This document shows positions 1 to 6,699 of a stretch of 10,488 nucleotides of DNA, piece by piece. How positions within the stretch are numbered: the stretch's first letter is position 1; the number at the start of each line of letters is the position of its first letter. The notes under the pieces are model-generated. The model was not told the DNA's origin, made no database searches, and saw nothing but the letters and a program-made list of their open reading frames with translations. Made by a program: the position numbers and the translations under genes. Origin of the DNA: an uncultured Deferribacteres bacterium (GTDB lineage: Bacteria > Zhuqueibacterota > Zhuqueibacteria > Zhuqueibacterales > Geothermadaptataceae); NCBI GenBank assembly GCA_964014485.1, contig CAXHAT010000242.1, positions 1-10,488 of the forward strand, written 5' to 3'.

Positions 1-54
1 TCACAGCTCACAGCTCACAGCTCACAGCTCACAGCTCACAGCTCACAGCTCACA
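1..54. repeat. Heptamer tandem repeat (TCACAGC)x7 plus TCACA, truncated at the window edge
   Basis: Read directly: 7 perfect units at 1-49 and a partial unit at 50-54. Confidence 0.99.
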
Positions 55-97
55 CAATCATCGTAGTACACACACTTGATTGAGCAACGCGAGTACG

Positions 98-1729
98 ATG
101 AATTATCTGGCGAAAAAAACGGCGACGGCGCTGGCTGGCGCTATTCTGCTTTCCGGCGCGTCCTGGACTTGGGCGCAAAACGATGAGTGCGCCAAAGCCG
201 AAAACGATATTAACGCGCTCAAATGCGCTTTTGGCGCTTCGCCGACCTTGCCGTCTCCGCTGACGCACGGGTTGCTGTATATTTCTGAATCCGACCTGTC
301 CGCCACCCCGCACGAAACATTTCTGTACCCCGACTCCTCGAATAAAATCCCGACGGCTCACCAGGCTGCCGGCGATTCAATTGCGCTGACCGTTGTTCCT
401 TTGAATATTGACGGCGAAGTTGATTTTGAGCTGGGAAGAATAAAGATCATCGCCGAAGGGATGTCGAATGCGCGCGATGAGTTCAACGCCTTTAGAACAT
501 TGTTTATTGAAAACAACATTGATCTGCGCGAAGAAGTGGAGTTCGTCAACTTGTCGGAAGGCGGCTGCGACTTGCTCTGCTGGGTCGACCGCGGCGTTGA
601 AGAAATCGATCGGCAGGTCCAAATCGCTTTTCTCAAACACTCAAACAACCGTCCGCAAAATCCCGACGGTTCGCCCAAAAGTTCAGCACCGCCTTTCTCA
701 AGTCGCGACGACAAGCGTTTCCCGAGCCATGCGCTGACAACGAAAGAAATGCTGAAAACAAGAATTCTTGACCTGAAAAGCCAGTACCCAAATCTAAAAA
801 TGGTTTTCCTAACCAGCCGCAGTTTTGGCGGTTGGAGCTGCGTGCCCGAAAACGGCAGCTATCGCGAGCCGGTCGGGTTTGAAGAAGGATTCTCGGTAAA
901 ATGGCTGATTGAAGATCAGATATCCGGGGCCGACGCGGAATTGCGTCTCGACGGCGATTCTCCAACGCCGTGGCTGGCATGGGGGCCGTATATTTGGAAT
1001 CCGGAAACGCCGGAAGATTATTTCAAAGGCGACGGCGTCCACCCGTGTGATTCCGGGACCGCTTATATTTCGAACCTGTGGTACGAAGCCCTGCTGGCCA
1101 ACACTGCGGCGCGTCCCTGGCTGCTCAAAAATCCGTTAACCCCGGTTGAGCTCGCGTCATTCACTGCCGAAGTGGTTGGTTTTGACGTGCATCTGCGCTG
1201 GACAACAGCTAGTGAAACCAACAATTTAGGTTTCGAAATCCAACGTCTGCGACTTGGCGTTGAAGCGGGTATGAATAGCTGGAAAATCGCAGGATTTGTG
1301 GAAGGGCGCGGAACGTCTTCTTCGCAATACGATTACCAGTTCCGCGATTTAAAGCTTGCTTCCGGCGAGTATGAGTACCGGTTGAAGCAAATCGATTTTG
1401 ACGGCGCGTTCGAATATTCCGCGAATTTGCACGTGGTTGTGTCCGGCCCAAGCCGATTCGAACTGCTGCAGAATTATCCAAATCCGTTTCGCAACCAGAC
1501 GGAAATCGTTTTTCGGCTTGAAACGGCAGAGACGGCCACGCTCGAAATTGTCAATCTGCTCGGACAGACCGTTCGAACATTTGACCTCAGACCGACGGTC
1601 GGCGAAGTGCAAAAAATCATTTGGAACGGGCTGGACGACGCAGGAACGCCGCTGCCGCCGGGTTTGTATTTTTACAGAATCGGAACCGGCGCCCGCGCGA
1701 TTTCGAACAAACTCATACTCACGCGATAG
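98..1729 (+). CDS. Secreted protein: SGNH/GDSL-like hydrolase domain, Ig-like domain and C-terminal T9SS type A sorting/FlgD-Ig domain (543 aa)
   Basis: Long ORF. ATG at 98 preferred over TTG at 80 because it gives a clean signal peptide MNYLAKK-TATALAGAILLSGASWTWA|Q. GMSN (458-469) and DGVHP (1031-1045) resemble SGNH blocks I and V. PVELASF (from 1142), WTTASETNNLGFEIQR and YRLKQIDFDG mark the Ig module. NYPNPF (from 1472) ... WNGLD..G..LPPGLYFYR marks the sorting domain. The hydrolase call is less certain than the C-terminal domain. Confidence 0.85.
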   Translation: MNYLAKKTATALAGAILLSGASWTWAQNDECAKAENDINALKCAFGASPTLPSPLTHGLLYISESDLSATPHETFLYPDSSNKIPTAHQAAGDSIALTVVPLNIDGEVDFELGRIKIIAEGMSNARDEFNAFRTLFIENNIDLREEVEFVNLSEGGCDLLCWVDRGVEEIDRQVQIAFLKHSNNRPQNPDGSPKSSAPPFSSRDDKRFPSHALTTKEMLKTRILDLKSQYPNLKMVFLTSRSFGGWSCVPENGSYREPVGFEEGFSVKWLIEDQISGADAELRLDGDSPTPWLAWGPYIWNPETPEDYFKGDGVHPCDSGTAYISNLWYEALLANTAARPWLLKNPLTPVELASFTAEVVGFDVHLRWTTASETNNLGFEIQRLRLGVEAGMNSWKIAGFVEGRGTSSSQYDYQFRDLKLASGEYEYRLKQIDFDGAFEYSANLHVVVSGPSRFELLQNYPNPFRNQTEIVFRLETAETATLEIVNLLGQTVRTFDLRPTVGEVQKIIWNGLDDAGTPLPPGLYFYRIGTGARAISNKLILTR

Positions 1730-1732
1730 TCT

Positions 1733-1756
1733 CTCCTCAACGCAAACGAGGGGTTT
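1733..1756 (+). terminator. Weak stem-loop after gene 1, possible intrinsic terminator
   Basis: CTCCTC (1733-1738) pairs with GAGGGG (1748-1753) including one G.U pair, with a 9-nt loop. It is followed by only TTT. Confidence 0.3.
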
Positions 1757-1975
1757 CAGACTGACAACTTTGACAAGACAACAAGAAGCTCTTTGTTCTC
1801 GCAAAACAGTTCTCAGGCATAGCGATAAATTACCGTTCGCTCCGAATCCGATGAAAGATTGACGGATATCTGGGCTACAGGAAATCTGCCTGTTATCGAA
1901 ATCGTTCCCGATTCAGTAATCAATGCCGCTCCGCCCGCCGTGTCACATAATTGCGCAGGACGCTCACAATTAAAC

Positions 1976-1985
1976 CAGGAAACGA
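1976..1985 (+). promoter_or_regulatory. Ribosome-binding site (AGGA) of the first kinase-fold gene
   Basis: CAGGAAACGA lies immediately before ATG 1986. Confidence 0.65.
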
Positions 1986-3356
1986 ATGATGGCTGAACGG
2001 AAAAAGCTGCACAAGTTCGAACAGCTCGAGGAAATCAGAGATGGAGCAATGCTCACTCGGGTGCTGAAAAAATACCTCGATGCAAAATTGGACGACGGTT
2101 TAACGATTTCTCAAGCTGCGCTTTTGCATGTTGACGCCAAGCGCGGGAAAGCCTGCAAGTTGATGATCAAAGCGAAGATCACCGATGGAAAAGAAATCAT
2201 TGGCGAACAAAAATATTTTGGCGGGTTGATCACGAGCTCTAAATATTCGCCGGAAGAGTATTATTACAGCATAACACAACGCCACACAAATGTTGTCGAT
2301 CCGGCTTACGGCCCGCCGTCAATGTTTGTTCGTGAGTGGGGTTTGCTGCTTTGGGCCTATCCGAATGACCCTAATTTGCCGGGTCTGGGATTATTTGAAA
2401 ACCGCGAAACGCTTTTGGCGCGAATGACTGAGCGGCCTGAGGTTTTTGGTTTGCCGACCGATGGCTACAAGCCCGTTTCGGCGACTGTTAAACTGACGAA
2501 ATACGTTCCGGGAATGCGGTGCGGCGCTATCGTTGCCGTTGAAGGACAAAAAGATGGGGAGACGCTGCGACACGAGCTTTTCGGCAAGGCTTACAGCAAA
2601 GGCGGCGGGCGAGATGCGTATAAAATCATGCGCAGCATTTGGGATGAGAATATAGCGCAAAATGCAGGCTTGCGCGTGGTCGAACCCTTTGGCTTCGACG
2701 AAGAATACGGCGTTGTCTGGCAATCAGCCGTTGACGGAAAACCGCCGATAAAAAGCGCTTCGCGGTTGAAATGTCTGGACGAAATCGCACAGAAAATCGG
2801 TGAAAGTCTGGCGGCTTATCATGCTTTGGATATGCAGTTGCCGAAAACTATGCAAGCCGCAGAACTGCTCGAAGAAGTTGAGCAAGCTTGCAGTGCAATT
2901 GAAAAAACGTTCCCGGCTTATGCTGATCAAGTTGAGTCGCTGAGAAAAAAATTGCTTGAGAATCCGCCGATTGATTTTGAGAAAACGCCGATTCATATGT
3001 CGTTCAAACTAAGCCACATTCTCGAAGATGACAATGAAATGACGATCATCGATTTCGATGGTGCGCGCATGGGCGATCCGGCCTATGATCTCGGTCGGTT
3101 CAACGCGCAAATCTTGCGGTTGAAAGCCGAGAAAAAAACGTCGTCTGAGATGGCTAAGAAGACGATTACCCGCTTCATACAGGGATACAATGAAAAAGCG
3201 CGCAAGCCGATAGCGCCGGAACGAATCGCATGGTCTACGGCAAACCATCTGGTCGCCAGCCAGGCGTTCAAAACTGTAAAACGCAAGAAGGAGAAAGCTC
3301 TGGTAGGATTGCTTGCTTTAGCTGATGAAGCGCTGCACGAGCTTGCCGGCGAATAG
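1986..3356 (+). CDS. APH/choline kinase-like phosphotransferase family protein, paralog 1 (predicted pseudokinase, HMS motif)
   Basis: 456 aa. FGKAY supplies the beta3 Lys. PIHMSFKLSHIL...IIDFDGARMGDPAYDLGRF matches the APH C-lobe pattern HGDxxxxN...DF/W...GDPxxDL except at the catalytic Asp. Shares WAYPNDP and KYVP..RC motifs with paralogs 2 and 3. The start could be the second Met (1989). Confidence 0.85.
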   Translation: MMAERKKLHKFEQLEEIRDGAMLTRVLKKYLDAKLDDGLTISQAALLHVDAKRGKACKLMIKAKITDGKEIIGEQKYFGGLITSSKYSPEEYYYSITQRHTNVVDPAYGPPSMFVREWGLLLWAYPNDPNLPGLGLFENRETLLARMTERPEVFGLPTDGYKPVSATVKLTKYVPGMRCGAIVAVEGQKDGETLRHELFGKAYSKGGGRDAYKIMRSIWDENIAQNAGLRVVEPFGFDEEYGVVWQSAVDGKPPIKSASRLKCLDEIAQKIGESLAAYHALDMQLPKTMQAAELLEEVEQACSAIEKTFPAYADQVESLRKKLLENPPIDFEKTPIHMSFKLSHILEDDNEMTIIDFDGARMGDPAYDLGRFNAQILRLKAEKKTSSEMAKKTITRFIQGYNEKARKPIAPERIAWSTANHLVASQAFKTVKRKKEKALVGLLALADEALHELAGE

Positions 3357-3415
3357 GTTTTGGGGAGGAGCTGAGATTCAACATCGGCGAATTCATTGAC
3401 GCCGGTATTCAGAAA

Positions 3416-3441
3416 CAGGAAACGACAACAGGAATTGACAA
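3416..3441 (+). repeat. Imperfect 13-bp tandem duplication carrying two SD-like AGGA motifs
   Basis: CAGGAAACGACAA (3416-3428) and CAGGAATTGACAA (3429-3441), 11/13 identical, ending 1 nt before ATG 3443. Confidence 0.7.
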
Positions 3442-3442
3442 C

Positions 3443-4825
3443 ATGCCTCAAATGAAAACTTATCCCGCGGACGAGAAGCTGCCGCACGTCAATATCGCTG
3501 CGAGCACAGAAAAAATAAGAGAGGTCTTTGCTCAAAAAATACCGCATTTCACCACTGGGGACTGGCGCGTGTATGACGTCGCCATCAAGCAAATGCAGTA
3601 TCGCCCGGGGAAAAAATTCGAAGCGAATTATGTAATTCATTTTGAGAATACGAAGAACAATGAAAAGGGGCGCCAGTTCTATTCCACGCTGATGCTGCCG
3701 AAAAAGGCTGCGGCGCATAAATACCAAACGGAGCGGGAGCGCGATTATTTGCAGCCGCCCGTTGCTCCGGGCCTCTTTTTTCTTGAAGATGTTGATATGA
3801 TCATGTGGGGTTTTCCCAACGATCCGAAGATCAAAAATCTGCTCGACGTGCTTCTCCCGCAGCGGCTCCAGGAGAGATTCGAGCGTTTCCGTGAACAATT
3901 CGAAATTCCGGAAGGCGCGCAAATCAAAAAGGTCAAGACGAACATGGCGAAGTATGTGCCGCGTGATCGCTGTACCATGAGCCACAAAATCAAATATGAG
4001 TTGGCCGGTAAAAATCAAGAAATGACGATTTTTAGCAAAACGTACAGCGTAAAATTTTCCGGCGAACCGCTCTTCAATTTGCTAAGGCAACTCTGGGAAA
4101 GCGAAGTTTGCCAAAGCGGGAAAATGCTGATTCCCAAGCCATTGTTTTATGACAAGCAAACGAACACCACCTACATGAGCGCGCTTTCAGGCGAACATTA
4201 TAGCGATAAGCTTGAAGAAATCGATCTCCCGCAGGTAGCGGCGCAATGCGGCGCTGGCTTGACTGATTTACAGCAAACGGAACTTTCCGTTTTCGAACAA
4301 CGGTCTCTGCGCGGCGAGCTGCGCGAATATGATGAAGGCATGCAAGTCTTGATCAAGTATGACGAAACCCTGCAGCCGCGATTGCAAAATTTGCGGCAGA
4401 AGCTGTCGGAAAGTCTGGAAAACTTGCCGCAACTGGAGAAAACGCCCAACCACGGCGCATTTCGACTCACTCAACTCTTGGACGTAGACGGAACGCCCGG
4501 CCTGCTCGATTTTGACGGCTTTCTGCTCGCAGATCCGCTCGTAGACGTCGCCAGTTTTGTGACGCATCTTTTCTATCTCGTTGTTAAGGGAGAAATCGAT
4601 CTGGAAACTTGTGAAAAAGCGACCAAAGCCTTCTGCAGCGCCTATGCGGAAAAAGCCCCGTCCGGTCTGCCTGAAAACGCATTACGATGGCACGCTGTTG
4701 TCGCTCTCGTTGGCAAACAAGCAAAAAAATGCGTCCGGCTAGCAAAAGACGGGCAAGGGGATCGGATAGAACAAATGATTCATCGGGCGGAAGAGATTTT
4801 TGAAGGTAAACAGGCGCTTGTCTAA
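3443..4825 (+). CDS. APH/choline kinase-like phosphotransferase family protein, paralog 2 (predicted pseudokinase, HGA motif)
   Basis: 460 aa. FSKTY Lys; PNHGAFRLTQLL...LLDFDGFLLADPLVDVASF; WGFPNDP and KYVPRDRC shared motifs; AGGA RBS upstream. Confidence 0.85.
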   Translation: MPQMKTYPADEKLPHVNIAASTEKIREVFAQKIPHFTTGDWRVYDVAIKQMQYRPGKKFEANYVIHFENTKNNEKGRQFYSTLMLPKKAAAHKYQTERERDYLQPPVAPGLFFLEDVDMIMWGFPNDPKIKNLLDVLLPQRLQERFERFREQFEIPEGAQIKKVKTNMAKYVPRDRCTMSHKIKYELAGKNQEMTIFSKTYSVKFSGEPLFNLLRQLWESEVCQSGKMLIPKPLFYDKQTNTTYMSALSGEHYSDKLEEIDLPQVAAQCGAGLTDLQQTELSVFEQRSLRGELREYDEGMQVLIKYDETLQPRLQNLRQKLSESLENLPQLEKTPNHGAFRLTQLLDVDGTPGLLDFDGFLLADPLVDVASFVTHLFYLVVKGEIDLETCEKATKAFCSAYAEKAPSGLPENALRWHAVVALVGKQAKKCVRLAKDGQGDRIEQMIHRAEEIFEGKQALV

Positions 4826-4842
4826 AGAAAGATGAACAAGTT

Positions 4843-6651
4843 GTGAGCGGAATTTGCGGCGTTTATTGTCCTCAGCATCCGGAGTACGCCGGGATCGGCG
4901 TTCTAAAGAAAATGTTGAGCGCTTTTCACTATGAAGGCGATTCCGAACGCTTTTTCCATATTGAAGAAGCCGCCGGCGTTGCTTTTGGGCAATTCCTGAC
5001 TACGTCGTTGTACGAACGTTCATGCATTGCCGAGCAGAAATGGCACGCTGACGACCGCTTCATCATCAGCTTGGAAGGAGAAGTTTTTACAGAAAAAACA
5101 AACCCTTCGGATCGACGTCCCGCTACGGACGCGTTCTTGTGCGAACTAAAACAAGAACGTGAAAAAGCTCCCCTAGGTCATGACGGGAATTATCGCGCCG
5201 CGATTTGGGATGCAAAAGCAAAAACGCTGCGAATTCTTACGGACCCGTTAAGAAAAAGGCCGTTTTATTACGCCTGCATCGAAGATTTAGGGCTTTTTGT
5301 GTATGCTTCTGAGCTTAAAGCTCTGATGAAACACCCGCGACTGGCCAGGGTTATAAATCCCGAAGCGCTGACAGCCTTTTTATCATTTGGTCATGTGCCT
5401 GCGCCGCTGGCGATTTTTGAAAATGTTTTCAAACTACTCCCTGGTGAAACGATTACATTCAGCGCTGACAACAAATTGCGGAAACGCCGCTATTGGCGTA
5501 TTCCGGATTTTGTCGAAGATGAGAAAGATATCGAATGTCTTGCTCATGAGGTAAAGAGCGCGTTTCTCCAAATGATCGAAAAAAATATCGCTCACGACAA
5601 AAGGGCGGGGATTTATTTCAGCGCCGGATTTGATTCGGCGATGATAGCGGCGAGCTTCAAGATTTTGGGCTATGAATCTCCTAATGCTTTTACGGTAGGC
5701 ATTCACAGCGACCGAAAGCAAGGTTTGCTGATGGAAGATTGGGTCTGGTCGAAGCGGGTCGCCGGAAAAATGGGTTTGCGCTTGCATAAGATAGAACTCA
5801 CTCATGAACACAATCCTTTACGAGACCTCGGCAAGCTTTTGCGACAATTTGATGAGCCTTTATTTACGCCCCATATCGAGAGTCAATATGTTCTTGCCGA
5901 ACGCGCAAAAAATACAGGAGTAACGCAATGTTTTACCGGCGGAGCTTCCGGACCGCTCTTTGGCAGGCCGTCTCGCAGGAAGCGCGAAAAGCTTTTGGCG
6001 AAACTGGGCAAGGCTTTGAATGTCGAATCGTTCATCTTTGAGAATTTCGCGCGGTTTGCCAAGCCCAAAGTTCAAGGTCTTTTGACGACGACTGACCTTC
6101 CGGCTCCGCAAAAAGTTGGAACCCGAATTATTCGGGAGTGTCTCAGCGGCATACAAGCCGGGGACATTATGGATAAACTATACACAGCATTCACGTATAT
6201 GCTCGTCGCAGGGCGCAACACGGATTTTCAATCGCATTTTACAGCTTTGACCGGCGTTCGAATTCATCTCTCTTTCTACGACAAGGCGCTTTTGAATTTG
6301 GCAAACAAGATTCCGGGTCGTTTTAAAGGTCTTGAGTCTGATGAAATGGACAAGGCGGTATTGCACAAAGCGTTCGATCATTTGATCCCGGAAGAAGTTC
6401 TTCGGCGGCGCAAAATCGGCTACCCGGGATATTTTTGGCACAAGGAAATTGAGACGTTGCGAAAAAGATTCCTTTCAAAAGAGGCCGTTCAACGGGCGGG
6501 CCTGCTAAACGCTGGAACGATTGGGAAACTGCACCGGAAGCTTGAAATCGGAACAGACCGCGCTGCCAACAGCCTCATGCTTGGGCTGGTTTTCTTACAA
6601 GCTTGGCATGAGGTTCACGTTCAAGGAAACGAAAATATTCGATTGAATTAA
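4843..6651 (+). CDS. Asparagine synthetase B-like protein (degenerate class II GATase domain plus ATP pyrophosphatase/synthetase domain), probable amide ligase
   Basis: 602 aa with GTG start. N-terminus MSGICG (cf. MCGIxG), TDPLRKRPFYY (cf. RDxxGxKPLYY), ASELKAL, KLLPG, PP-loop SAGFDS (5620-5637, cf. SGGLDS), FDEP, LSFYD (cf. xPFLD), and K..L...IPEEVLRRRKIGYP (cf. LPxxxxxRxKxxF). Confidence 0.9.
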   Translation: MSGICGVYCPQHPEYAGIGVLKKMLSAFHYEGDSERFFHIEEAAGVAFGQFLTTSLYERSCIAEQKWHADDRFIISLEGEVFTEKTNPSDRRPATDAFLCELKQEREKAPLGHDGNYRAAIWDAKAKTLRILTDPLRKRPFYYACIEDLGLFVYASELKALMKHPRLARVINPEALTAFLSFGHVPAPLAIFENVFKLLPGETITFSADNKLRKRRYWRIPDFVEDEKDIECLAHEVKSAFLQMIEKNIAHDKRAGIYFSAGFDSAMIAASFKILGYESPNAFTVGIHSDRKQGLLMEDWVWSKRVAGKMGLRLHKIELTHEHNPLRDLGKLLRQFDEPLFTPHIESQYVLAERAKNTGVTQCFTGGASGPLFGRPSRRKREKLLAKLGKALNVESFIFENFARFAKPKVQGLLTTTDLPAPQKVGTRIIRECLSGIQAGDIMDKLYTAFTYMLVAGRNTDFQSHFTALTGVRIHLSFYDKALLNLANKIPGRFKGLESDEMDKAVLHKAFDHLIPEEVLRRRKIGYPGYFWHKEIETLRKRFLSKEAVQRAGLLNAGTIGKLHRKLEIGTDRAANSLMLGLVFLQAWHEVHVQGNENIRLN

Positions 6652-6699
6652 AGAAAATATTGGACCACGCATCACGCGAATCATCATTGGAATAACATC

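Noticed and set aside
1..54. CRISPR array or telomere
   Set aside because: Contiguous 7-mers with no spacers and no cas genes. Both window ends carry the array in the same orientation, unlike inverted telomeric ends.
1923..1973. Small ORF MPLRPPCHIIAQDAHN upstream of paralog 1
   Set aside because: 16 codons, no SD, and no precursor or leader-peptide features.
3383..3406. Terminator between paralogs 1 and 2 (ATCGGCG/CGCCGGT stem, 10-nt loop)
   Set aside because: No U-tract; could be a stability hairpin but is unsupported as a terminator.
3083..4018. 311-aa minus-strand ORF and the other overlapping alternative-frame ORFs in the track (e.g. 6772-7404, 1398-1862)
   Set aside because: They overlap well-supported + strand genes and have no recognisable motifs; shadow ORFs.
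1730..6651. Lasso peptide (RiPP) cluster, suggested by a Cys-less AsnB-like protein next to kinase-fold genes
   Set aside because: No B1 (PqqD/RRE) or B2 (transglutaminase-like) gene and no precursor with a lasso leader or core pattern in any intergenic gap.
6631..6686. GAAAATATT twice (6631, 6653) and CACGCAT/CACGCGA heptamer-like pair (6666-6679)
   Set aside because: Too short and degenerate to separate from chance; at most a relic of another heptamer array.
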